DNA of 63,209 nucleotides, filler included, from Olpidium bornovanus S191 (GCA_017911155.1; 28 parts of 28 records of this genome joined end to end with filler, not necessarily neighbours in it), one strand, 5' to 3'. Positions 24,525-36,496 are shown, counted from the whole stretch's first letter. The notes: a model not told the origin generated them from the sequence alone. Numbers and translations are program-made.

Positions 24525-25845
24525 TTGTCCCCCCCCCCCCGCCGCGTTCCGGGCACGCCACGGCAGAGCGCCGCCTCTTTGTCAGCTTGCGACTTCGCCG
24601 AAGCGGGACGGTTATTTTCGTTTTTTTCTAACCCGTCGGCGCCGCGCTCGTGCCGGGTTGTTGTGCGTCGCCTGTTTGGCTGCGGGGACGGGGAAAGAGG
24701 GAAGGGGATGGGGGGGGGGGGGGGGGGGGTCCGGCTGTCGGAAAAAAAACACCCGGGAAAAGCGGACTTCCGCACGCACCAGAGCCAGCCACCGGTTTGC
24801 CCCCCTTGTGTGGAGAAATCCTTCGTTCGCCGTCATACCACCGAGGCCTCGAACCGACGATAGCGGCAGCTATTACGCCCCCGAACGTCCGCTTTCGTTC
24901 ACCCTTCTTCTCACCGCCCTCGGCTTGGGCGGGACTCCGGCCTCAGCAGCGGAGGGGGATTTGGGGTTGGAACAAAAAACGCTCGCGGTGGGGTGGGCGG
25001 GGAAAGGAGAAGGGCTCCTGCAGCGGGAAACCGAACGGCTGGTGGAATTCCCAAAGGGGGAGGGAATATATTATACGCAGAAGTGAGCAGAACGCAGCAC
25101 GAAGCGTGAGTGTCTGCTGGGTTGTCCAGCGGGATGGCAGGGGTAGCTCATGGCGGTTGGTACGCGCAGTGCGCTTTGGCCTCGCTCGAGCCTCGCCGTT
25201 TCCTGCAAATTAAAGGATTTTGAAGCGGGTGTCGGATGATCCATACAAAAGCACCCGATGAACGACACTCTGCACCTAGTTTCTTCTGTGGTCCCGAGTC
25301 TCACAGGGTGGCCGTTTGTTCCAAGCTGACATATCCATGCGGAATAAATTAGGCATTCAAATAAAAACAAACCAGTTGTTTATGTGTACACATGTCAGTT
25401 TCAAAGGTGTAACGTGTGCACCTCTGCCTGGCTATCGGCGTTTCCATCAAGCTGATGTAATTGATGTTGTATCCTGTCCGGCTGTGCTCTTCAAACTCGC
25501 TGTACCAATGACATGCGCTGTAAATGTTCGAATTCCCAGCCGCATGCCGTCCCTTTCTGGCAGCTCTGGTTGTTCTCTGCCGTGGCAGCAAAAACGTCGA
25601 GCCATCGCGTAGTCCCGCATGTTCCGACATGCGCTGGGGGCTTGTTTTCCAGGTTCGTCGGAATTCCCGTGATTGACCCTTTAAAATCGCGCCCTTGCCT
25701 GAATTTGTGACAGAAAAACCACGAGGGTCGTAGTGCCAGTTTTTCNNNNNNNNNNNNNNNNNNNNNNNNNNNNNNNNNNNNNNNNNNNNTTAATTAATTA
25801 ANNNNNNNNNNNNNNNNNNNNNNNNNNNNNNNNNNNNNNNNNNNN

Positions 25846-26331
25846 CAGATTATCTGCCATCCCCGACTCTTCAAGCGTTCGTTGACAGCGCTTATGCGAA
25901 TGACTCTGTTGACAGGAGATCCATCACGGGATACGTCGTTTACGACAATGGGTCACCTGTTGCATGGAAGTCAACAAAGCAACCGTGCATTACCTTGTCG
26001 TCGACTGAGGCCGAATTGGTCGCTGCATCTGCCGCCGCCCGAGAAATTGTCTGGCTGAGAGGTATGTTGACTGACGTCGCTGGGCCATTACCACCGACAA
26101 CGTTATACATTGATAATCAAGGCGCCATCGAACTCGCCTCTGGTGGCCGAATAATCAGCAACAAGTCTAAGCACATCGACATTAGGCACTTCTTCGTATG
26201 CGAAAACGTGCAAGAAAAGGTTACCGTTATCGTGCCCGTTGACACGTCCCAGAACACGGCTGAAGGCTGACGTCTTCACGAAAGGTCTTCCGCGCGTTCG
26301 TTTTCAACAATGTGTCGCCGAGTTAAAAACA
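25846..26331 (+). mobile_element. Ty1/copia pol 3' end (RNase H), frameshifted
   Basis: DSAYANDSVDRRSITGYV, WKSTKQPCITLSSTEAELVA, IDNQGAI and KSKHIDIRHFFV. A 7-nt insertion (GGCTGAA, near 26257-26270) shifts the ADVFTKGL motif out of frame. Confidence 0.92.
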
Positions 26332-26423
26332 TCTCTTCTATCCCTTCTCCCATTTTGTACAGGTTGCATCTTCCTTTTTGTTTTGCGACGCATAACGTTC
26401 TCCTTTATCACTTTGTATGCGTC

Positions 26424-26432
26424 GAGGAGGAG
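26424..26432 (+). promoter_or_regulatory. Polypurine tract of the copia element
   Basis: GAGGAGGAG immediately before TGTT, about 100 nt after the end of RNase H. Confidence 0.7.
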
Positions 26433-26590
26433 TGTTATATTGTCAAAGTCTACCGTCCCTTCTTACCTTCCTCGTTTACGCTCCGGCGGTTGGTTTGGAC
26501 CCCATAATGTTCTTCTTCTCCCTCCCTTATAACGCGTAAATCCTATGTACAATATAACGCCTTACGGCGCGAGTAAAACCAACTTCAACA
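26433..26590 (+). mobile_element. Putative 3' LTR (158 bp)
   Basis: Starts TGTT right after the PPT and ends AACA (4-bp terminal inverted repeat), followed by an abrupt shift to AT-rich sequence. No 5' LTR is present to confirm it. Confidence 0.6.
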
Positions 26591-27612
26591 TTATAAAGCT
26601 TGCGCATTAGTTAAACATTTGTAATAATCTTTATTATTTTTGGTGTTTTAGTTTTTTTTTTTATTTTTCTTGTTGTGTTTTACTGTTCTATTTTTTCATT
26701 GTTTCAGAATTTTTTATTATCCTTTGCTTCTTTACTTTCATGCTTTTATTTTTAGAATAGGCACCAGAGAAGTGTGGCTATTTAATAGGAGCAAAATGAA
26801 TCCAATATGATGTACTTACGTATATGTAGAAATATGTACCCTATCGCACATACTCCAATTTCAATTTACATACTGATACATATTACAGGGTAATTTCATA
26901 AACGAACATGATAAATGTTTGTACTATATTGTTGTATTTTCGTTGTATTTTTATTTGTGTTTACTTCTTTTTTTTGTAAATTTTTTATTTGTTCTTTTTT
27001 ATATATGGCCCTCGTGGAAATGTGACGTGCGGGTTGCTCATACATAGAGGCCGTTTATTGCTCGCATCGGCCATCAGTTCCAGCAGACTGCCTGCCAGAA
27101 TGCCGGCAAACGCTTAGCATGACGGTCCAGTACGCCCCCGACCACACGGGCTATGCGGCCGACCTGCTATCGCGGCGTCAAGGCTACGCGCCCAAATGCT
27201 CCCGCTGCTGCACCAAGATCGAGCCAGGCGCACCTCTGGCCCCATATCAGGCCGGGTGCTGCTCGCCCTCCGCGCCGTCAAAAATGTCAAGCGTTTGCGA
27301 CGGATACCTGTGATAATAAAAAGGTTGCGCATCACGAGGACGGATACGCTCAGTTTTTTTTTAAAGAACTCAAGATAGAGAGCATCCGACAAGCAAGCGA
27401 GCTAAACGCAAGGGCGAGGGACATGAAAGATCACGCCAATCATTTTTTACCGGCGTCGTTTGAGCATCCGCGCTTTCAGAAGCAGGCGTCTACAAGTCTT
27501 TTCGTCGCGCCGACCAGAGCGAGACTCTGGCCTTTTGCCTGTAATCAGATTCGTACTCGTCAAATGCAGCGCGCGTTCGCTTGGGTGCCCGGCTCGCGAT
27601 CTGAGCTCGCAG

Positions 27613-29430
27613 TCAAGCTGCACTCAGCATTCGGGGTTGCCAAATATGGTTTGGCAAGCCCCCGGGCCAGCAAGACCGGACGGGCGGCGCGTTGAGCGGA
27701 AGAAAACAAGCGCGGAACGTACTCGCAACTGCGTCGCGTCGCGCCCGACGTCGCCTGCGACGCCCCCGCCGCTTTTCTTTGCTGATTTCGGACCAGACAT
27801 CCGGATCGACGAAATCTTCGCCGCTTTTGGCAACAAGGCTGGCCTTCTTGGTCATCTTGCGCGGCTTCTGAGTATACCGAGTTGCGGATTTCCGCGTGGA
27901 ACAGGCACCACGCGTATTAAGAGGCAAAACGGAACTTTTTCCTTTGGAACCGTTTAGGACTGAAGCAAAGGGGGAGTCTGAAACGACATGAATTTCAGCA
28001 CATCGGCATACTAAGACCCTCGGACGCTGCTACAACGTGCAGTCACTCCTAGAAGCCCCGGGCATACGTTCAAATACAGCGTCTTTGTTGTGATCTGCAG
28101 CCGCTTGGCACACCGCAGAGTCGTTTTCCACGCGGCTCTGGCCGTCTTCATCCCCAGCGACATTCCCGTGGTCTGTCGGCGCGGTGGCGCGAGCTGAAAA
28201 GTAGTTGTCGACCGAGTTCTCGAAGGCATTCGACTTGGGGTCGCTTTGGAAGGCCATGACGGGGTCTGAAGCAACAATCTTAGAGCCCACGCCGGCGCAC
28301 ATGCGGACGGTGCCACACCGCAAAGTCGCTTCTCAGTCCCCGGGCATACTTATGGGCTCACTGCGTTCGTCCAGATTTCCATCCGTTTGGTCTTCCCCGG
28401 AGGCGTCGCTATCCAGGGGGCTCCGGTCGTCGCCGCCACCGCCAGCGACATTCCCGCGGGGCAAAACAGTCGGCGTTTCGCCCCGGGCAGTGTAATTCTC
28501 GTCGGCCCACTGCCTAAAGCGATCCAGTTGAGATCGTTGTCCAAGGCAGCCTTGACGAGGTCTGGAACGACAAAACTCAGAACCAAGGCGGGCGCACACG
28601 CGGACGACACCACACCGTCACCGTCACTCCTCAGCGGGCAATACCTTCGGGCTCACTGTCTTCGTCCAGACTTTCAGACGCTTCGTCTGACGAGGACGTT
28701 TTGCGTTCCACGCGGCGTCTGACGGCAGCGAAGTTCACGTGCTGCACGTCGAAAGGCGCAGCGTTCTAGGAGGCGGGCGTGGAGTTCGGCGCGTCGTCGA
28801 GGAAGAGCGGGGAGGGCGAAAGCGTATCGCGGGGTTCGAAGTTTCCCTCGTCGTCAGCGGACGCGCCAGTGGACGGTTCGGGGGCCGAGCTCCACGCGCG
28901 TCCGAGGAAAAGTCGCTTTCCAGTGGTGCGGGGCAGACACGGGCATCGAGCGCGTCCAAGACGCCGAGCGACGGTGGGGGTTCCGCGAAAGGGGGAGCAG
29001 TCGTGTGGACGCGGCCCTCCTCGACGGGAGAGCGCGACGCGAACGCCAAAAACTCGTCGGGCGGCGGCGAGGCAATGCAATATTGTAGTAATCATTAATT
29101 AAGAATCGTACGAATCATTTTCCACTGGAGTAGCAGTAGGTTCCTCAGCCAGCCGAAGAAACGGTACTGCGTGGGGACAAGGAATAGGCAGTCCGTAGGG
29201 CACCGGCGGGACCAGAGCCGCCAAGTAGTCGGCGAGCTCCTGCAGCGTCCCATTGGGGGGCGGGTAAGGGATGGCGGGGAACATAGCACGTCCACCGCTG
29301 CGCGCGGAGGAAACCGGGACGCGTCGTCGTCGTCGGAGTCCGCGCGCGAACCGGCAGCGCGTGTCGGCCTCGCGGAAGCCGGCGCAGGAAAGGCGCTCGC
29401 GAGAGGTTGGGGGGGAGGGGCCAAGGACGC
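27613..29430 (-). CDS. Hypothetical acidic/low-complexity protein gene or pseudogene with internal diverged repeats
   Basis: Several protein-like minus-strand segments (e.g. GTLQELADYLAALVPP; KMTKKASLVAKSGEDFVDPDVWSEISKEKRRG) interrupted by stops or frameshifts. Exon structure unresolved. Confidence 0.3.
28020..28730. repeat. About three diverged tandem copies of a 280-295 bp unit
   Basis: Shared anchors CCCGGGCATAC (about 28058 and 28339) and CGGGCAATAC (about 28634); GGCGCACA(T/C)GCGGACG at about 28293 and 28590. Confidence 0.6.
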
Positions 29431-29651
29431 GGGAAGGTCGCGTGCGGGTGCGGGGGTTTTGGAGCGGGGGGGTGTTTGTGAGCGAGTGGGGGGTCTGGGG
29501 AGCGCGTGCGTGCGGGGGGGGGGGGGGGGGGGGGGGGAAAAAAGAGAAAAANNNNNNNNNNNNNNNNNNNNNNNNNNNNNNNNNNNNNNNNNNNNTTAAT
29601 TAATTAANNNNNNNNNNNNNNNNNNNNNNNNNNNNNNNNNNNNNNNNNNNN

Positions 29652-30997
29652 CATGAACCGCAGGTAGCCCGGAGTATTCACGCACGGGATCGCAACCACC
29701 GTGCCTCGAAGGTCGTGCACGTCGATGTCCGTAATCACTCTGTGTGCCGCGCATAATCGGAAGGCTGAGCGCCGCGGCTGCCGGAGTCTGGAGAACGAAG
29801 GGTTAATGAAAGTTCACCGGCTTACCGATGGATGCAAGGTACCCCGTTCAGCTCGTTTCCGTGGACTGCAGCGGTTACACCGATCTGCGCCATAATCAAT
29901 AACAACCACGCTCCAGGCAAAATTAGACGGAACCACGCGAGTGCAAAAGAAAGAAATCTTTCGGTATGTCCGCAGTTTCCAATATGCCGGGGGAAGAGGG
30001 GAGTACGCACCACCGGGCTGATTGAATCGATGACGGAGATCTAGTCAGCGAACGCGTCGAATAGGAAAAAAAGGACAATGAGCCCACGCAAATGCAACCC
30101 GGCAAAGCAGAACCGCTCACCCTTTCTGCACTCCGCGGGCCACAATGACGGGAATGCGTATCCACTCGGACAGGCCCTGCTTCACCATGTTAATCCAGGC
30201 CGTGCTAATAGCGCCGGAGGGGAAGTCCTCAATGGAGAGCCTATCCTTGATAATCGGGGGCGGCACTTCGCCCTCGCTGGCATGGCGGGTCGAGAATGAC
30301 GGAGGCTGATAGTGCATGGCGGGGTCCCAGTGTCGGATATGCAGAACGGACTGCGAGCTGGCGGGCGACATCAGGGACGGGAAGTAGGCCTGGCCACCGC
30401 CGTTAGCCCCGGGCGTGAGCGGTTGGACTCCGGCTGAGGCCGCGACGTTTTCGGCGTCCACCGGCGCGCTCCACATCGGTTGGTCATCAAAAATAATGAT
30501 GGACCCGCGACGCCGCGGTGGCCGATTCGACTGCGAAGCCATTGCTTCCTGCGTCGGCTGGTCGTGGTCAAGGATCTCTATAATGGCAATGACCGCTGCC
30601 AGCGGGACAGAGCGGAAATGGTGGAGAACGTCTAATTCCCGTTGCTCCGCACGACACGGCATACCCAGCATCGTACTGTAAATCCGGCGCACCTTTTTCG
30701 CCCTCACTGACGGCGTCTATCTTGAGCTCTATTGGGGATACTTCAGAGGCCCTAAAGACTATGGCAGATTCACCTTTCGCAGCAACGCTCTGATCGTCGC
30801 CGTCTAGTGTTATGCGGACGCTCCCCTCGATGATGTATATGATTGTGGCCATCCCGGTCATCAGCTTGCCCGTCGAGATTTCTTCGTCCTCCCCCTCACC
30901 GAACGTGTTAATCGTACATTGCGCTTTTGCTGCACCGCGGTCCACGGAGAGCAGCAGCCCCACGGCGTATTCTCCATCGAGCGTCGCCGTTGTCGGC
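29652..30997 (-). CDS. Succinylglutamate desuccinylase/aspartoacylase (AstE/AspA, M14-like) protein with an N-terminal cupin-like segment; partial at both ends
   Basis: IRIPVIVARG, GVTAAVHGNELNGVP (Zn-binding HxxE) and LRGTVVAIPCVNTPG. The upstream exon TIIYIIEGSVRITLDG...AAKGES is joined in frame through intron 30692-30596. Confidence 0.8.
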
Positions 30998-31130
30998 CTG
31001 AGGAAACGGACACGTCAACCGCCGTTCATGNNNNNNNNNNNNNNNNNNNNNNNNNNNNNNNNNNNNNNNNNNNNTTAATTAATTAANNNNNNNNNNNNNN
31101 NNNNNNNNNNNNNNNNNNNNNNNNNNNNNN

Positions 31131-32074
31131 CATGTTCGTTTCGCCTTTCAGTTTGTGCGTGTCGGAGAACAGGAAGATGCCTTTTCCTTGGCACCCGCTC
31201 TGCGGCTTGGCGATGTAAGTCTTGCGGCGGCCGCCGGCTTTAGCGGCCGTGGCAAACTCGAGATATCTGAGCGCAGACCGCACACGCTGCTTTGAGATGT
31301 CCGAAGGCGGCATTGCCCATTACTTCGATTTCCCCCCTCCACCCCTCCTCCACCTCTTCCCTCACCTCCGCCCCTGTCGCCCGCCCAAAAAAAAAATAAA
31401 ATCGACTGCCTCTTCCGCTGATACCCTTCTCCCCTTTCAGCTCCTCCCCCCGGAGAAGGAAATTCGCCCTGGAGATCCCCCAGACCCACGTACTCGTACG
31501 GCATCAACCACGTTTTGGGCCAGAAGTTGTACTCGTGCGGGAAGATCTTCTGGAGGCGGCCCAGATTCCTGGCAAGGTCGTTCTTCTTGCAGATCTCGTG
31601 CATCCCGGGGAAGTGGTTGATGGTTTGGTAGGGCTTCATGCTCAGCACGCGCTCCATGGACCCCCCCGTGTCGATCCAGTAGAGCAGCCAGTCGCCGTCG
31701 GCCTCGGGGACCTCACGGAAGCCGAGGTCCGCGCAGCAGTCCCGCACGACGTCGTACCGGCAGGCCGCGGTCGTCACTGTGACCGGGCGCGCCCTCTTTC
31801 GCTTCTTCCGGCGGGGCCTGCCGCCGGCGCCGCCGCTGGCGCGCTCGTCCGCGGCCGCCGCAGGGGGCGGGGAGGGGTCGCAGGCGCGGCCTTCGCCGCC
31901 GGCCGCGGCGAGGAAGGCGGGATGAGAGGGGAGCACCGGATCGGGCGCCAGCCCAGCGTGATCTGCTGCGCACAGGGTGGTCGACGACGACGCGTCCGAC
32001 GCCGTCGCCGGCGAATCTCGGGGTTGGCGGGCGGCGCCCGTGCAGGCCGGCGATCCGAAGGCAGCGGCGGGCAT
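31131..32074 (-). CDS. TTLL6: Tubulin polyglutamylase TTLL6/13-like, 3'-partial
   Basis: CRYDVVR, DWLLYWID, MKPYQTINHFPGMHEICKKNDLARNL, EYNFWPKTWLMP and TYIAKPQSGCQGKGIFL. Confidence 0.9.
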
Positions 32075-32292
32075 GATCGCGAAGGGCTGCAAGAATCCGA
32101 AAAGGCGTGCTGGAACAAACAACAAAAAGTACGAGGGGCGGCGCTTCCCCCTCCCTTTTTCGCTTTTTCCCTTGGCAGGGGGGGTCAGCGGANNNNNNNN
32201 NNNNNNNNNNNNNNNNNNNNNNNNNNNNNNNNNNNNTTAATTAATTAANNNNNNNNNNNNNNNNNNNNNNNNNNNNNNNNNNNNNNNNNNNN

Positions 32293-32460
32293 CTGTTCCG
32301 AAAGTCGCACGATGAGCGAGTCAAGCAGACTCCGGTTCTTCTCATCGACCTTCCTCAGCCTGTCAGCCAGGGCGTTCACGTGCAGGCTGACGCTTCCCAC
32401 GTCTGCTTTCATGCGACAATGATCGCCGCGCCGGAGATTGTCGCACGCCCAAGAAGCGCG
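32293..32460 (-). CDS. Unidentified first or internal exon, divergent from RPL14
   Basis: Helical-looking frame MKADVGSVSLHVNALADRLRKVDEKNRSLLDSLIVRLSEQ running into the contig edge. Confidence 0.3.
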
Positions 32461-32661
32461 CATCGCCGGCGTCGGGGCGCAAGCAACGCGCAACAGCGCC
32501 GCAGTGCGAGGGGAGGCCGGCGAGGCCCGTACCTGGGGCGCGGGTGCCGCCGGGGTCAGGAGCAGAGCTTTCGATCGACCGACCGACCGACACCCACACC
32601 CCCCCGTTCTTCTCCTCTCCGTCCCCTGGGTCAACCCACCCAACAATCCAGGCGCAGCGGG

Positions 32662-32694
<33 letters not shown>

Positions 32695-33318
32695 AATAGA
32701 AATAAAAAAAAAAAACATGACCGCAGTGAGTGTTCTGCCGCCCTTCGTCCGGAGGTGCGCCGTCGCGCCGCGCGTCTTGCGCAGCGAGCCCGCAGCAACC
32801 CCCGGCTTTCCCCGGGGGGTCCGGGGTCCCGGACTTTTTGACGCCCGCCGCGGAGGAGGACCTCCGCCGGAGTCCCGGGGCAGGCGCGCGAACTGTCCCA
32901 CGGCTGCCCGTCCGTCGGTCGGCTCCGCGGGCGCAAAGAGGGAGCACCCCCCCCCCCGTTACCAGTCAATGCGCGGCACCTTTCTTGCAACCGCGCCTCC
33001 GGTTGCTTGCTCTGCCATGTGGTCATTGAAGAAAAGCGGAGGAAAAACTGCGGCCGACGGCGAAAATTTTGCCGTTTCGCCGCGCCGGCTGCTGCGCCGA
33101 CTTGCGCGAGGAGGGTGACGGCTTTCGGATGCAGCAGAAGTTTATGCTTTGGAAACGACGCTGCGTGGCTGCCGCGTTTTTTTGGGAACGCCCGGACACG
33201 GTGCGGACGACGACCGCCCCCTCTGTCCGCGACCGCCTGAACTGCGTCGCGGTCTTTCGAGCACGCCCTTGTTGGAAAACGTGTTTGACATTCTTCCGCC
33301 ATACTCCCCGCCGTTCAG

Positions 33319-33813
33319 GGACTCTTCAAACGTACTGTTGAGGTCGGCCGCGTTGTTCTGTTGAACCACGGGCCGTACGCCGGGAAGCTCGCTGTTATAG
33401 TCGAGATCATCGACCACAACCGAGTAGGTGTTTTCCAACCTTTGAAGGCCGAGGCGGACGGTGAAGTGACGTTGGAAACTTGTTGTTTGGCCATCAAACA
33501 GTTGTGTTGAAGCAAGAGCTAATCCCAGTACGACGGTTCCCCTCCTGCAAACGCGGGCTTCTCTGCCGTCCTCAGGCTCTCATCTCCGGCCCGACCACGG
33601 GCGTGCCGCGGCAGCAGTTTGCGTACAAGCGCCTGACTTTGACCGACTTCGTGGTCCCCCGCACCCCGCGCGGCGTCCGCGATGGCCACCTCGCCAAACT
33701 TATCACCAAGGAGGACGTCGTCGCCAGGTTTAACAAGACCGCGTGGGCTCAGAAGATTGAGACGAGGAAAGTTCGTGCCTCTCTCACCGACTTTGACCGC
33801 TTCAAGCTCATGA
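33319..33813 (+). CDS. RPL14: 60S ribosomal protein L14 (eL14); start exon not resolved, 3'-partial
   Basis: [34 protein letters not shown] / ALISGP...VPRQ...TAWAQK...[10 protein letters not shown]. Confidence 0.95.
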
Positions 33814-34560
33814 NNNNNNNNNNNNNNNNNNNNNNNNNNNNNNNNNNNNNNNNNNNNTTAATTAATTAANNNNNNNNNNNNNNNNNNNNNNNNNNNNNNN
33901 NNNNNNNNNNNNNCATGTTACTACGTACGCGTTTTTTATTTACAATTGAAACAGAGCGCAACGCAAATCCGTTTATCCCGCAAAGAAAAACGCTGATCAC
34001 CTGAATATTTAAAAAAAACTAAAAACACAAAAAAGCGAATCTCGAAAATCGTGGCGAATCCGGCAAATCCCGGGAGTCCCGAAAATGAGGGGGAAAAAAA
34101 ATTGCCGATCCCGCGAATCCCGAAAACGACGCAAATCCCGGGAGGGCAATGAAGAAAAAAAGGGGTAAAAGCAAAACCCGCAAATCCTAGCGCCTACCCG
34201 TCGCCCGGCCTAGCTTAGCAAGGCGGGAGACAACGGCAGACGGGCAGTCCACAGTCCCCTTCCCAACCCCCCACTCTCACGCATCCGCTTGGGGCCGAGG
34301 ATGGGGGAGGTTTTCTGTTGTGCGGGGACGCCCCCGCTGGCCAGAAAGAACCATGCGAAGCGCACTTTTTATGCGCTTTTATGCGTTTGAATGCGCATAA
34401 TTCTTTTATGCGCTGCCTGAAAGGAAAAAAAAAACAATACCGGTTCTGTCGTCCCCGCCCGGAGCGCCCCCGGAGGCTGACGTCTCCATTCGTGCCTGCC
34501 TCGCTCCCTTCCACGCCCTTGCAAGTGCCAGCAGGGGCGGGGTTTTCCCGCCGCGCTCGC

Positions 34561-34659
34561 AACCCAACCGAAACCAACCCAACGTAGCCCAGCCCAACCC
34601 AACGTCACCCAACCCAACGTCACCCAACCCAACGTCACCCAACCCAACCCAACCCAACT
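34561..34659 (+). repeat. (CCCAA)n array with a 15-bp higher-order unit AACGTCACCCAACCC
   Basis: Direct inspection. Confidence 0.85.
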
Positions 34660-35281
34660 CCGCCCTCTGTCCCCAACCCCGCCGGCCCCCGGCTTTGCCG
34701 TTCAGGGGCTCTGCGTTGACGTGTGGGCGGTTAGAAAAGAGTCACGGAGCAGGCTTCCGAAAACCCCGCGCGGTCGGCCCCCGCTAGCCGCACCTTGTCC
34801 CAGGATGGCTTCCGGAAACTTCGCGCGGTCGGCCCCCGCGCGCGCTCGCCTTGTTTCCCCGCCGGAGCGACGGGACCAGTGTTGTGTTTTTTTTTGTTCT
34901 TTCGGCACCGGCTCTCTCGCGTTCCCCACACAGCAGCCCCGGGGCACCGCCTGCGCGGCCGCCGTTCTCGGACCGCCCGACAGTCGGAAACTTCACGGCC
35001 GCTCCGGCAGGCCGGCGCGCCGCGCCTCCGGCGAGCTTCCCGGTGAGCTGTGGGGGAAGNNNNNNNNNNNNNNNNNNNNNNNNNNNNNNNNNNNNNNNNN
35101 NNNTTAATTAATTAANNNNNNNNNNNNNNNNNNNNNNNNNNNNNNNNNNNNNNNNNNNNAACTGCGGGGCGGGGGGTGGGGGGGGGGGGGGGGTCCCAAC
35201 TTGGGTTTTTGCGCCCCCCGCGCGGGGGTTTTGCCCATAGCCGGTGTTCTTCTCTTTTCCCGGCGGGGGGGGCCGTTTTGG

Positions 35282-35317
<36 letters not shown>

Positions 35318-35454
35318 CCAGCAAATCCGCCGTGGTTGAACACCAGACGCGTACCTGCAGCGGGTCTTTGCTCGCGGCCTCCGCGCTTAACTGCAGGCCA
35401 ACCAGCCCGACCGCCCGGACCGCCCGGGGATCGTGTGTCGCGGAGGCTGACAGA

Positions 35455-35545
35455 GAGAGAGAGAGAGTGAGTGAGAGAGTGAGAGAGTGAGAGAGTGAAG
35501 AGAGTGAGAGAGTGAGAGAGTGAGAGAGAAAGTGAGAGTGAGTGA
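35455..35545 (+). repeat. (GA)n/(GAGT)n microsatellite
   Basis: Direct inspection. Confidence 0.85.
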
Positions 35546-36496
35546 GACCGCGGCCGCCTTCCTGACCAGCGAAGGCGCTGGAAGGCGGACCTCCCGCCCT
35601 CGCGCAACTTTCTCGCAGCGCCCCCCTCGCACGGCCCGTCGTCCCGCCGCTCTCCCGCTGTCCGCGCCGGCCGCCCCCGCTTTCGCGGTCCGCCTTTGCG
35701 AGCAAAAAAGGAAAAAACTTCCGCGAACAAGGGGCGCGTGCGGGCGGGTCGTTGTCGTACGTCGCCGCGCCGAAATAGGCCGGCGCGTCGCAGCGAGCAG
35801 CCGCCGCCGCCGCGCCCGCCAGAAGTCTCGGAGAGCCCCGGAGCGGATCCTCGTTCGACCTCCGGGTTGGAGTCGGGGAGGAGACCGCGGACGACGGACG
35901 AGATTCTTCCGCCGCCCTGACTTGCCCGGCAGCACCGGTGCCGGTTTCCGGCGGGACCACGGCGGCCTCCGGCGCGGGCGCCTGCGGCGGTCGTGGCAGG
36001 CGGCGGAGGGCCAAGAACTTGCCGCCGCCGCAGTCGCCGCAGGCAGGCGCTCCCGACCAGGATGGAAAAGCGTCGCAGCCGGGAACGGTGGTCAGACGAA
36101 AAGAGGATGCAGGAGCCGCCGAGAGCTCCGGGGGTCCGGCGGGCTCAAGTTATCCAGCCGACTCCTTGTCTTTGCGGGAGGCGACGACGTGGTCTACAGA
36201 CGCCGCGCCCTCTGAGAAACCGCGGGACCTGCTGCAGGTTGACCAGCGGCTGCGGAGCAGCGAGCCGCCGGAAGTACGTTCGTCGCCTGAGGACAAGACC
36301 GGGCTGGACCGCCTATTGGACAAGTTGCGCAGGTGAGGATGCGGAGCTGTTGGGCGCGCACCAACCTGTCCCTGATGAGAAGCGGACGCCGACCGTCGGG
36401 TTCACGCTGTCGGTCCCGTCTATCCGCATTATTTTCCTCCTGGAAATCGTCCTGACTTAGCAGAGAGGTGTATCACACTGAGGTCAGGCTTCCCGC

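Noticed and set aside
17705-26590. gag-protease fragment and RNase H-LTR fragment as one element
   Set aside because: Separate contigs in opposite orientation, and the 158-bp LTR sequence is not seen upstream of the gag.
35112-36460. Overlapping ORFs on both strands in the 35160-37137 contig
   Set aside because: Strand and frame cannot be decided and there are no conserved motifs.
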